DNA from: Rhodosorus marinus CCMP1338
Taxonomy: Eukaryota; Plantae; Rhodophyta
DNA length: 64,000 nt
Assembly: GCA_029953675.1 (NCBI GenBank)
Contig: JAMWBK010000007.1
Coordinates: forward strand, 1 to 64,000
Direction of reading: 5' to 3'
In this document: in pieces, positions 19,139 to 30,700 of the stretch
Position numbering within the stretch: position 1 is the stretch's first letter
Layout: the number at the start of each line of letters is the position of its first letter
The notes under the pieces: model-generated
What the model was told of the DNA's origin: nothing
Seen by the model: the letters and a program-made list of their open reading frames with translations, nothing else
Databases searched by the model: none
Made by a program: the position numbers and the translations under genes

Positions 19139-20545
19139 ATGAAGGTTCTATTGATTGTGGTGTTCATTTTCTGTGCGCTTTGTGCGCTCAGTCTGCCAGT
19201 TGAGTTCCAGTCGGCTATGCGTCGTTTCGGTGCTAGTTCCAGGCAGCAGACAGCTTCGACCTGCGGTGCACAGCTGGCCAACCGGAGTATATTGATAAAC
19301 AACTTCAATGCAGGCGGGGGGCTGACAACAGATATTCCGCCAGATATAGATCAGTATACTAACCTTCGGTTTCGCCTTTGGTCGAACACCGCAAAAAAAA
19401 CTGGCCTTCTGCGGATCGAGAGCGAGTTTCAGTCTCATTCCCCGCTGGAACTGAGACGAATGCGCCTCTACGTTGGCCCAGGCAGTTGTGCCGACTTTCG
19501 GCGTGACGAGATCGCTAAGATCGCGAAAACGAGGCACTTCAAGAAGGGAACAGATATTATGTCAATGAGGTTCAATCTTGGTGACAACGTCAGCGCTCCG
19601 GATACTCCCCGCGCGTGCTGCAACCTATGTGCGTATGTACAGCCTATTATCCACGATGCGAGGAATGGCGAACGGGTTCATATCCTGAACGAAAAGATTG
19701 AGCAATCCACTAATGAAAGAAAAACCTTCTGCAGAAAAGGAAGAAAGGATGACTTTCTCTGCGACCTCCCAGACATCTGTATCAACGTTATCCGAGGAAC
19801 GGAAGGCGACGATGTCCTCATCGGTACGCCTTACGATGACCATATCCTAGGACTCGGAGGCAATGACAAAATCATCAGTGGGGATGGAGCGGACTATGTT
19901 AACGGCGGTGATGGTCATGATTTCATCAGAGGTGGTCCTGGAAGGGATGAAATATTGGGTTCGGATGGAAACGACAATCTGAAAGGAGGTGGTGAGTACG
20001 ACAAGCTTTTTGGAGGGGACGGAGATGACTATATTGGGGATTCTTCAATGGAGGAGGACACAAGAACGAATCCGACTGATTTTCAGTTTTGGCACAACCT
20101 AGCTTATGGAGGGAACGGCGACGATACGATAGTTAGTGGAGACGGTCGCGATCTGATGAAGGGCGACGCAGGGAATGATACGATCATTGGGGGTCGCGGG
20201 GATGATATAATGCGGGGGAATGAAGGAAACGACTTATTGATGGGAGGTGACGGAGATGATTCCATGGAGGGTTCCGAAGGTGCAGACCTGATGTACGGCG
20301 GTGATGGCGATGATTCCATTGAGGGTAGAGAAGGTGCTGACCGGATCTACGGCGGTGATGGCGATGATTATTTAGCTGGTTACCGGGGTCCAAAGTATTC
20401 TGGCTTTTATGACACCGACCCAGACAAGGTTTATGGAGAGAATGGCGATGATTATCTCATTGGCGATGATCAGGATCTACTCGATGGAGGCGAGGGTGAC
20501 GACAAGTACTACACACATGATAGGAAAGAACTTATACCCCAATAA
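19139..20545 (+). CDS. Secreted protein with hemolysin-type (RTX) calcium-binding nonapeptide repeats
   Basis: Signal peptide MKVLLIVVFIFCALCALS (ATG 19139); C-terminal half has many GGxGxDxxx repeats. Confidence 0.88.
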   Translation: MKVLLIVVFIFCALCALSLPVEFQSAMRRFGASSRQQTASTCGAQLANRSILINNFNAGGGLTTDIPPDIDQYTNLRFRLWSNTAKKTGLLRIESEFQSHSPLELRRMRLYVGPGSCADFRRDEIAKIAKTRHFKKGTDIMSMRFNLGDNVSAPDTPRACCNLCAYVQPIIHDARNGERVHILNEKIEQSTNERKTFCRKGRKDDFLCDLPDICINVIRGTEGDDVLIGTPYDDHILGLGGNDKIISGDGADYVNGGDGHDFIRGGPGRDEILGSDGNDNLKGGGEYDKLFGGDGDDYIGDSSMEEDTRTNPTDFQFWHNLAYGGNGDDTIVSGDGRDLMKGDAGNDTIIGGRGDDIMRGNEGNDLLMGGDGDDSMEGSEGADLMYGGDGDDSIEGREGADRIYGGDGDDYLAGYRGPKYSGFYDTDPDKVYGENGDDYLIGDDQDLLDGGEGDDKYYTHDRKELIPQ

Positions 20546-20880
20546 AGTTCTTTCCTATCATGTGTGTAGTTCCAAAAAAAATAAAAAATGATCCGCATAA
20601 TATCAAATATTACGATATTATACTGGTTAAACTGTGGATTAGTAGTTTTCTACCACCGCACTAGAATCCCCTAGTTTGAGCGATGATTACGTCTATATTT
20701 GAGCCGACGACAGTAAAGTTACGAAATCGACATTCTTTCTGGGGTCGACTTGATGAGATTTGCAAATAAACCCAGTAAAACCACCACCAGCAAATAAAAC
20801 CATCTAGTTCTTAGTTCCTTTTCAGCCTTGCGTAGCGCTTCGGGCTATGCGAATAAATCGAGAATATCATCACAACGCGA

Positions 20881-20931
20881 CACTGATACGAAAGATGCTA
20901 CACTTGATCTTAGCCAAAAGGCCGAGAAGAT
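20881..20931 (-). ncRNA. U2 snRNA 5' fragment (3'-truncated copy or pseudogene)
   Basis: Minus strand ATCTTCTCGGCCTTTTGGCTAAGATCAAGTGTAGCATCTTTCGTATCAGTG matches the conserved U2 5' end; no convincing later stems; a family C 3' end at 20803-20850 lies adjacent in the opposite orientation. Confidence 0.85.
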
Positions 20932-21232
20932 GGGAGATTAGCATGCGCGGGAAAGCCTGGAGGGGGGCGTACAAAACTAGCACTGAAGAAGGTGGTCTAC
21001 CCTTGTACTGAGTTCCAGTTATTGATCATGCAATCTTTTTTTTTTAATTGCAAATGGATACTGAACCTTCGAGATTGGGCAGGTTGAGGGAATGTCCACG
21101 TGCACTCAAGGGCCCTCCCCCCTAGGCTCGTTTCGACGTTGGTCTTCTTTATGACTGTCAATACAATAGTGTGCTAGTGAGTACCAAACCCAGTTGAGTA
21201 CCTCTACAAATCGTTTATATGTGTTTCTGCAG

Positions 21233-22978
21233 CTATGCTTCGACAGGGGTGAACGTGTAGGTGCACGTAGCGTTCTGGTAGAACGCATCGCAGGACACCT
21301 GGTAGGGCTCTGTTGGCGGGTAAAACGGCATCGCCTCAATGACCGTCCCTCTGATCGCGGCGTACAGTAGCGCGGAGATTCCGCCAGAAATAGGGAGTGT
21401 GATGATCCACGAGAGCCCGATCTTTCCAATCAGACCCCAGTTGCTCTTCTTAAACCCGTCAGGCTCGTAGAGCCCGATCGCGATGACAGCCCCGATCAGA
21501 CAGTGGGTGCTGGAAACTGGGATCCCGACGTACGAGGCGATGAGGACTGTGAAAGCAACAGCAAGCTGGGCACTCTGCCCTCTGAGAGGAGTAACGACCG
21601 TCAGGTTCTCACCGATGGTCTTCATGACCTTGGCTCCGAAGAAGTACAGACCGACGATGATGAACACGCAGCAGTAGAAGAGCGCCCAGTAGACCGGCTG
21701 GGGGGTCTCCACCAACGCACCGCTGTTCAAGGTCTGGTAGATAGCCTGAAGGGTTCCAGCAGCATTGGAGATATCATTAGCTCCCGCGGCGAATGACATG
21801 TAGCAGGCTGACAGAACTTGACCGCCTGCGAAGCGCTTTTCGATCTGGAAGTCCCACAGATCGTCCGGCTTGTACAGGCTCACGTCCTTCTTGTTACCTT
21901 CACCACCGATGAACTTGGTGAGACCCTTGAAGAACTTTGTAATCGGACTCTTCTTCCTGCTCTGCTTGACTCTGTCGATAGTCACGGTCCTTCCCATTCT
22001 GGACAACTTCGCTTCGTCAGTCACCGTGCGCATGGAGGACAAGCGTCCGATCTTAGCTCCGTTCTCCTCGTCCAGAGACAGCTCCTCGAGTAGGTTGTCC
22101 TCGATGAGTTCGTCAAGGAATTGTTGGTTCTCTTCCTCGACGAAGCCTCCGCTTAGATCCATTCTATCCAGCTTCCGGTTGGTTAAGCCGATCGCCCAGA
22201 GGTATCCGACGATTCCCACAAGCGCACCACACCCAACGGCAATACCCGCGGCCGGACCGTACCAGTAGTCGTCGTAGAGCCCATGTCGGACTGTCGTGAT
22301 CACGAACATGACTGTCGTGAAAGTGACCAGGAACCAGACGGCAGCGGTGTAGATGTGCTGCCTGTGAAGTGCCACTGGCCTCCATTCGGGGTCGCTCTCG
22401 TGAGTATCCCTGAATGGAATGCAGATCCAGTACTTGGCAGTGAGGTAGAACGCCGATGCGAAAACTCCAGCCAGCAACGGTGAGATGACCCATGAGATCG
22501 CGATCTTTCCAACCCCCGGCCACCATTGGATTCCACTAGCTCCCAGCTCAACGAGACCGAAGCCAATGGTCGCTCCGACAATGGCGTGCGTTGTGCTGAC
22601 CGGCATGGACAGCCATGTAGCCACTGACACAAACATGCCAGCTGCAAGAGCGGAGGTGAGCATACCGAGCATGTAAAGAGAGGGAATTTCCTGGAAGTCA
22701 GTCCAACTGACGATGCCTTTCCCCACTGTCTTCGTAACCTGACCTCCGAGGGCCATTGCACCGAGTGTGATGAAGACGGAGGCCAGGATACAAGCCATCC
22801 TCACGGTAAGCACTCTCGATCCTACGGAAGTTCCGAACAGGTTTCCAACGTCGTTCGCTCCCATGGCCGCGGACTGCCACATTGTGGCAAACAAAGCCAC
22901 GGCGAAGATCCATGTGAATGGCCCCAAGACCTGGGCCGCCACATTGGGCGCAATAGTCACCACCTCTGTCGCAGACAT
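21233..22978 (-). CDS. PiT/PHO4-family inorganic phosphate transporter (~581 aa)
   Basis: GANDVGN and GANDISN signatures, PVSTTH and PVSSTH motifs, multiple TM helices; first ATG at 22978 (the ORF track starts at an upstream TTG). Confidence 0.93.
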   Translation of the reverse strand: MSATEVVTIAPNVAAQVLGPFTWIFAVALFATMWQSAAMGANDVGNLFGTSVGSRVLTVRMACILASVFITLGAMALGGQVTKTVGKGIVSWTDFQEIPSLYMLGMLTSALAAGMFVSVATWLSMPVSTTHAIVGATIGFGLVELGASGIQWWPGVGKIAISWVISPLLAGVFASAFYLTAKYWICIPFRDTHESDPEWRPVALHRQHIYTAAVWFLVTFTTVMFVITTVRHGLYDDYWYGPAAGIAVGCGALVGIVGYLWAIGLTNRKLDRMDLSGGFVEEENQQFLDELIEDNLLEELSLDEENGAKIGRLSSMRTVTDEAKLSRMGRTVTIDRVKQSRKKSPITKFFKGLTKFIGGEGNKKDVSLYKPDDLWDFQIEKRFAGGQVLSACYMSFAAGANDISNAAGTLQAIYQTLNSGALVETPQPVYWALFYCCVFIIVGLYFFGAKVMKTIGENLTVVTPLRGQSAQLAVAFTVLIASYVGIPVSSTHCLIGAVIAIGLYEPDGFKKSNWGLIGKIGLSWIITLPISGGISALLYAAIRGTVIEAMPFYPPTEPYQVSCDAFYQNATCTYTFTPVEA

Positions 22979-24672
22979 CGTTCCCCTTATCTCAGAAGTT
23001 GCCCAAGCGCGTCTGCTGCAAACACTACGCGGTCTTCTCTTCGGCAGATGAGTTTCTCGCGAAACGTAAACACATGTATCTGTATGCTTACTATGATCAA
23101 GAGCGTTTGATTTCTTTGCATGGGGGAATCGTATTCCTCCTCCTTCCGAGACCGCGTTATCCTCCAACTATATGTTGCTTTCCGTTCGCTCCCATCGAGC
23201 CATTCATCGAAAAGAACTAGACTTCTATTGGTTTCAGCCTCCAGCGTTTGATGTGGGGAATCCCAACAGTTTACACCAGCACTAAGCGTGCCAACCTTTT
23301 TTTCTTCCCGCTATTCATGAGCTCCTCCTCACGATAATACGAACTTCCCTGCGAAGGAGCCCATCCAGAATCCATCCAGGCCAACTCCAATCGGGAAGTC
23401 TGATTCCTAGCATCACTGGCAGCGCAACTTCCAACATTCCGAAGGAACCGTCCTCTGCTGTAAATTACAAAATTCATTCAATGACGAAGACAGCAAAAAA
23501 ACAAACAAAAAGGGAACAAGCCAGAACCCAAATACGTTCTAAAAAAATATAAAATTTGGGAAATCCGGCTACCAACTAGATTCTGGTTCTCACTCACTCC
23601 ATCGCTCCGCTTGCCTCCAAAAAACTAACCCGGGAAGCTCCTCGTGCCTCTCAAGCTTCTAGAGTTACCCGATTCCTCCATCCGACCATTGTCAGGCCCT
23701 TACCCTGCGTCCCTCTCAAGTACAGTTTTAATAATAAACATGGCATGTTTCATTCTAGATTCGGAGTGGAAAAAGGGGGGGGGGGGGTTTCGCGAAAACT
23801 GGTACCGTCAGCCCATGGGACGGTGCCAGACGCTCTCGACCCCATAGGACAGTTGCCCCCATATACATAGCGTTTTTGCGATGAATTTGGACTCGGGCAT
23901 TTAGGCAATATTTTCTAAAATTTATCAAAGATATATATATAGCAGAAATAGTAAATCGACACCCCATCAACGATTCTTTGGGGGAGGCCGCAGGGGGGGG
24001 GCCTCTGCGCAACCTTAGGCAAACGGCGGACATTCTCGAGTTGTTTTGGGCTGATAGATAGTGTAGGTTTCGCACTGGCTGCGTTGTGTGTTCCGCGAAC
24101 GACCCCAGGACGTCTGGATCGCCGCCTCCTCACGGAGACCCTATGTGGGGCTCGAATGATTGCTTCATTTGTTTGACGCGCGTCAATCCGCGTCTTTGTT
24201 TCTTCTCGTTTCTTAGAGTACGTCAGCCTCTGAATAAAAGACGAAACGGCGGGACGTTTCGCGACCATGTTTACAGAAGAGAAAACTTCGGTTGGTTAAC
24301 CTTTTATACGATGGGCCTCGGCGACGATCGCTTGGGCGGAGACGGAGGAGCTCGGGAACAAAATTTCTATTTATAGATAATCTAACGGATCCTCTGGGTG
24401 GAAAAAAACCAAGGTCGAAACGGGATTCTATAAATAGAACTTCGATTTCGATGGGGGACTCGTGGAAAGATTCCCGCGGGCGAGCAGAATACCAGAAATA
24501 CGGTATGAATATATATTTAACGATACTATGGAACAATATAAACTCACTTTTGGGGAAAAAAACAAACCATGTTTAGAAACGAGATGTCACGACAGTAACA
24601 GATCCTCGCGCTTGGAGTCGGGCGGGGCAAAAAAAAAGAAGTGGTGGCTCTTTTTTGACGCCAACATAGGGA

Positions 24673-24711
24673 GCCGGCGTAGCTCAGTCGGCTAGAGCGC
24701 CAGGCTTTTAA
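24673..24711 (+). pseudogene. tRNA-Lys(UUU) 5' half
   Basis: GCCGGCG-TA-GCTC-AGTCGGCTA-GAGC-G-CCAGG-CT-TTT-AA: acceptor 5' strand, D-arm, anticodon stem 5' strand and loop; 3' half not seen. Confidence 0.88.
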
Positions 24712-25413
24712 TTCGGCTTACATCAGCCCCCTTGGCCGTACGAGATGGGTTCGTCGTGCCCTCTCTGCTCTCAGACTGAAGACAACGCAGATTTTGGCGC
24801 CCACCTGCTCGCTAGTTGCCCGGCGGTGAAAGGTGCTCGAACCCGCCGCCATACACGGATCTTGAACCTGTTATACCGGGAACTTCGGCCTATAGTCCGG
24901 CAAGCCGGTCTGGAAATCGAACGTGAGAAACCTTTACCCGTCGCGGACTTTCAAAATGATGAACGCCGTGTAGCCGACCTGGTGATCACCTGTGACGACA
25001 GCCGCCGTACCACATACGTTGATCTTGCTGTTCCTAACCCTCAAGCTAGTCGTTATCTCCCGGCTGCGGGGGAGCGCCGTGGATCTGCCGCCGCCAGCAT
25101 GAGACGCCGCAAAGAGATCAAATACGCGGGGGCTTTGTCTTCCCCTGGTGTTCGTGCTTCGGCACTAGCACATCGCTTGGTACCCCTGATCATTGAGTGC
25201 TTTGGGTTCATGGACTCTGTTGGTTCTCGCTGGCTTCGGGAGTTGTTCCGCGAACGCCCTGACCGTCTTCAATCGTTGTTTACCCGCTTAAGTTTCCTGC
25301 TGTGGCGCATGAATGCCGCTTTGATGTTGGAGGCGCGAGTACTTCGCCGCGCTTAGTCTTTTTTTCCCCTCGGGGTTTTTTTTTTTCAGCCTCCGATTAA
25401 ACCATTCGTTCGT
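24712..25413 (+). mobile_element. Family B 5'-truncated copy fused to the tRNA-Lys half, 10-bp TSD AACATAGGGA
   Basis: ORF 24745-25356 (knuckle + RLE); TSD at 24663-24672 and 25415-25424. Confidence 0.92.
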
Positions 25414-25439
25414 AAACATAGGGACATCTGAAAATCATC

Positions 25440-26045
25440 TGAGGAGGTTTTTTTTTTGGTTTTTGGGGCGGTTGTCTGGAGTGTTTCGACTTCGGCGTAT
25501 TTTTGGGGTGCCAAGGTGTGTTTTGTTCCCTCCGGGGAGGGCGCTGCTTTTCAGGGTTTCCTTCCCCCGGCGTGTTTCTCCGCCGGGAAGGGGGGTGGGG
25601 GAGGGGGTTGGTGTTCTGGTGCGCTTCTTCCCGCCCCGCGGTTTGGTTGGGGAATTTCTTGGTTTTCTCGGTGGGATACACGCCTCTATTCGAGGGGGTT
25701 TTTGTGGTAAAACTTCTCTCTGCCGCACTCTTGTGTATGGCGGCAGTTTCCGCACTCGTTGCTGCGGCTGGCGCAGCCGAAACGCTCGTTGAACTGCGCG
25801 TGGGCTCCTTCAGTACAAGTGCCGCCCTTGCCAATTGCGACGAAGTGTTGTCGCATGCTCTGATCTCGAAACTAACCAGTCTCCTCCTCGTTGCTTCCCA
25901 GGAGCACCGCTTGCCTCTGCTCAAGACGTACCTGGAGAACTTCCTGGCTAACGCCGGTGCCTGCGTGCCACCCGCCACCGATACTCCCGCAGGGAGCTCT
26001 GTCCCGCGCCTTTTCCCCCAGCCGCGTGGAGCGTGCCACACAGCT
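25440..26045 (+). mobile_element. Probable 5' UTR + ORF1 N-terminus of a B/C-type element
   Basis: G/T-rich leader like the family C 5' UTR; HALISKLTSLLLVASQEHRLPLL resembles family C ORF1 RALISAVTSLITAASDRGVLPQL. Confidence 0.55.
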
Positions 26046-27712
26046 CGTTCCTGATGCCCTTGCGAAACATGGTTTATTCAAAATCAAATTGGGTTTCCAA
26101 CCGTTTCGACAACCCATATATTTCTAAATATAGTATATCCAAGCGGTATGCTAATACGAACGAATGGTAGGGATGATGAATCAGCACGTTTCGACGCTGC
26201 AACATTCGTTGAGATGGTGCTTGGAGGAAACTGACAGCGCTGACGTTTGTGGTGATCTAGTCTTGGGGGGGCCGCTCTACCTGTTGCCCACCTTGCCCTC
26301 CGACTGAAAGGAAATTGATAACGTAGTCTGTGGTTTACTACGTGTAAAGGATGGTTGTGAGCGTCGAACTCGATCCGTGAAACCTGAAATGCGAGTAAAA
26401 TCCACGACGACCTACCTACACATGAGGATCGCATGAAGAGAAGATAGGTTCTGGCCACAGCTGTGGGGACTGAATTCTTGAATCTGATTCAAGAGCATCC
26501 CTCAAGGGCGTGGTTTTACTGTGTTTTGTTTTTTTTGATACCGATTGCCCGAGGCCGACAAGTTGCGATTGGAGTGTTTGTTCGCTACACTGGTCAACCT
26601 CCCCCCCCACCGTCAAGTTTTCTTGCGCAATACCAGAAATTCCTCATATCCAACATCCGCGGAGTAGTTCGCATTCTGCGGACAAGAAAAAAAAAAGCCG
26701 AAGTGTTTGCTCCGCGTTGCGTGGGTTGATGTTGATGAGCTCTGTCTGATTGTTCGCCCTACCCTGTGACGATTGGATACAAGAAGGATGGTAGGTTCTA
26801 CAATGAAATAGGCTCATTCAAAAGGAAAACAGAAGGTTCCGTTTCGACAAAGCCGCACTTTATTTGGGGAGAGCAAGCATGAGACTGAAAGCTTAACGCA
26901 GTTCGTTTTAAGGATGCATGGACATTAAAGTCCTTGAAATTTTGAAAGCATTTAGAGTGGATCATTATGCTTACCCGTTAGAAGCTTCACCTGTTCGGAA
27001 ATTTGCATCATCTCGGGGGGTTATTGTCGTTCGATTTCAATCTAAAATGGTGATAATCCCAGAGTTCCCGTTCAATATGGAGGCCCGGCTTCATTATTCG
27101 TTCCCAAGAATCGAGGTTCAACGCCTGGAGAGGAATTCATAATTAGACCCAAAGCAATGCATTGGAGGACCTTGTAAGAAATGCCCGATAGTAGCAAAAC
27201 TAGTCGAGAATTCTTGCTTGGCGGAGAGGATCACCTTCGAAGATGTGAAAGACTGTGCGTGGTGAACATGGTGACGTTCCCAAGCAGAGCGTTCATTGAA
27301 CATCTCCATATGAGGTTCGGTCCCGAAGCTGGGCGGGAAGTTCAATTATTTCGTATCCAATCCATAATTGGAAGCCGCCCAGCTATCAGTCCGGATTTTT
27401 CATTTGTTTACATAAGCGGCGAGTCATGTCTCCAGCAGTGTACGCGATTGCAATGAGAATGACCATGTTTTAGTCAATATCATAGATTAATGCGGCGCGA
27501 AGTTGGTTCGTATGGAGGCCGCGCTTGCCCTGGATCCGCAGGGACTCGACTCCCTCAAGTTCACTGCGCACAGCGATCAGGAAAACACGCCGCGGTCCTT
27601 CGGTTCATTCTGAACAACATAAATTTGCGCTTCTTGGAGGTTGTTGTGGAGTGCAGTTCCGAGCAAGGTCAAAATGATGACATACCAATGAGCAGGAGAC
27701 GTTGATGCAACG

Positions 27713-30700
27713 ATGAACATTAAAACAGTCGTGTTATGGGGACTGTGCATCCTTTTTGGGCTGCTTTTCAGTTGCCCAGTAAAAGCAGAGGACTCCGAAG
27801 TTTGTGAAGGCTGGGGATTGTCGAGTACGGCATGCTTGATGGCACAAGATGTGGCATCTGGCTACGCCGATGGTGAGGAAGGAGGTGTTTTCAACGTGTA
27901 CGCACCGTTTTTCTACGTCATCGATTTTTCGGAGGACGAGACGTCTTCGACGAAGCTTTTCGGGTCGGATCAAGATGTCGTTGTATACGGATACTACATT
28001 CTTATCAAAGGAGCCGCGGGGGCGGTTGCGAAGATGCAGGGGACGAACCTCTCGATCATCGGGAGCGTCGTGGAGATAAAGACGGATGGAGACTTCGAAG
28101 TGAACCTCACGGCAAATGAACTCACCTCCCTTCCTCCTGAGGCTCCGGAACAGCCGGATGTGCCAGGTCCTCCGAAGCAACAATCACACACCGATAGTCC
28201 GAATGGCGAGATGGGCAAATGGGGCTTCACGGGTTACAAAGGGCACCAGGGCAGGAGCGGTGGGAACTTCACACTTATCGCCAAGAGCCTGGATGTTGCG
28301 AGCTTGTACTCGGGCGGCTTCAAAATGACTGTGACGACAAATGGAGGTGAAGGTGGAACGGGAGGAATAGGTGGACAGGGTGGCAACGCTCAGCAGGGCG
28401 TGGACGGTATGCCCTGTGGGCTTAAGGACGACTGGGTAGCAAGCCGGTGCTCAGCCTGGTGGTGTAATCAGTGTCCGACTGATGCAGCATGGAATGGCGA
28501 TAAAAAGATTTGTCAGTACTACAACCCCGGCGCGCCGCAGCAGGGAGGGCCCGGAGGCACGGGTGGTACCGGAGGAGACGGTGGAAAGGCTGGAGAGGTG
28601 AAGATCTACTCAAATGTTGTTGTGGGTGGCGAGAACGTTGAGTTAACTAGTGAAGATGCCAGCGCGCTCTTTATTGGCCAATCGATCTCAGGCTCGGGGG
28701 GGACCGGTGGGCGTGGAGGTGACGGGGGAAGCGGGGGCACGCTTACCAACAGATGCGGGGTTCGAACATGGACCAAGAACATCATCCTGAACGTCAACTA
28801 CTATGAGTCATTTGATTTCCGATATCCTCCGCAAGGCGACCAAGGGTGGTCCGGTGGCTGGGGAGGCGGAGGGTCGATCTCCCATTTGCCACTTGAGAAG
28901 TCATTCCGGGGGGGTGGTTGGCGCTGAAGTGGAGGATTGGGATGACAACGACTTTGAGCAACCCCAGGAGTATGCGTACGTAGACTACATACAGCCACCT
29001 GCCTACATTGACTTCGGTCTCAGCCTTTCGAAGAAAATGTTGAGGGTCATGTTCTTCAATGACAACATCGACCAAAACCAAAACGCCTACGCGATGATCA
29101 TGGCCTCAACGTCGGATATGCTCTATAATGCGCAGCGTGCTGCCAACCAGACTGCCGATGACACCGTCAGGGAAAAGTATACCTCCCTCGCTGGCCAGGC
29201 TATCTCGATCATCCAGGCTGCGAACCAGCTCACAACCTCGACGACGAGGCCCGTGAACGAGGTCAGCGTGATGAGCTTCGAGTATCTTCTGGACTACCTT
29301 GAGGACAGACGTGAACTCGGAGCCGAGCTGGAGATCTACTACGACATTTTCAGAGACTCAATCGATGACGCTGCGGCCTCAATGGAGATGCTCACCAACG
29401 CGACTAGCAACGCACAGAACGGCATCTTGGCTCAGCGGTCGAAGCAGGAGGAGCTCCTGGTGCAGATGCAGGAGGTAAATCGCTCTATCCTCACCGCAGA
29501 GGAGAACATTAGGCAATACTACTGGGAGATGGACCAGCAGCAGGTCGCTATGGACGAGTGCTGGGAGAAGGTGAAAGCTCAGATGGTGTTCGAGACGGTA
29601 ATGGAGTTTACGAGCTTCGCTATGAGCGTCTTCGACCTGGGATTCTCGGTGACACGAGTGCTGTCAAAGGCTGGGGGCTGGTCGAGCAATTCGAAGTCCG
29701 ATGCGGCAAAAACCGCGTTCAAGGGTATCGACGGCTTCAGCGGGTTTAAGTTTAAGGCGATAACCGACCTTACTAAGGAGATCCACAGCTTCTTTCCTTC
29801 CGCGGGAGATTCAGCGGACTGGTCCGCGTACACTCCAAGCGTGGACGCAATCATGGAAGACATTGGAAATCTAGCTTCCGATACCCTAGCAGATCCACTC
29901 GACAGTCTCTACGAGGCCGATGACTACGAAGCGGCTATGGCAATCGCTGCGCAGTTGAACTCGATGCAGGACAACATGAGCTCGGCGATGGTGGCAATGG
30001 ATAGGAAGGAGCTAATGGACTACGTCAGCTTCATGAAGAAAGACTGCTACTCGTCGGCAAGCGGTTTTCTCAGGGCTTTCGATACGGCAGACATGTGGGT
30101 TGAGCAGAAGAATGATCTGATCGCGCTTTACACGAGCTACATGGCTTACCTAAAGCAGGTTACGGCGAGGAAGCTCTACCTTATGAACGTCGTTGACGCT
30201 CTGAACATAGAGATCAAGAACAACATGATCAATCCCGCTGCCCCGGCGGTCAAGATCGCCCACGAAAGCAACTACAACTCACTCGTAGACGACTTCCACA
30301 GGGATCTCGAGTTGGTTTTTACCTCGAGGGAGTACCTAATGATGGGACTTTCCACTACCGGGCTGAACACGATCACCCTCGCCGACTGCGAGTGGGAGGC
30401 GTCCTTACTGGACATCTCCAAGAGCTTGTACTTTCAGTGCGCCTCAGAGTCGATTCTTAAGCTTCGGCAGTCGTTGAAAAATTGGTATGAGAACATCTAC
30501 GAGCTCCACCAGTTGATGGAATACGGCGCCTACTGGGGCCCCGTGGAGCTTAACGCCGAGACGATCGGAGAAGAAAACTGGGCGGAATTCGTGAAAACAG
30601 GATCGATGAACTTCTGCATAGATCCATCAAATAAGGCGTTCAATAGCCTACCTGGGCTGGTATCTCCCCTCTTCTTCCCGCTGATCTCTTTGGACAGTAT

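Noticed and set aside
24673-24711. tRNA-Lys gene as the insertion target
   Set aside because: The 3' half is not found after the element, and the TSD lies outside the tRNA half
25413-25440. Head-to-tail tandem of family B (3' end followed by a new 5' UTR)
   Set aside because: The 10-bp TSD shows the B copy simply inserted upstream of pre-existing sequence
26045-27460. Decayed DNA-transposase relic (YERMVG-like motif)
   Set aside because: Many stops, no terminal repeats, and the motif is too short to support a call
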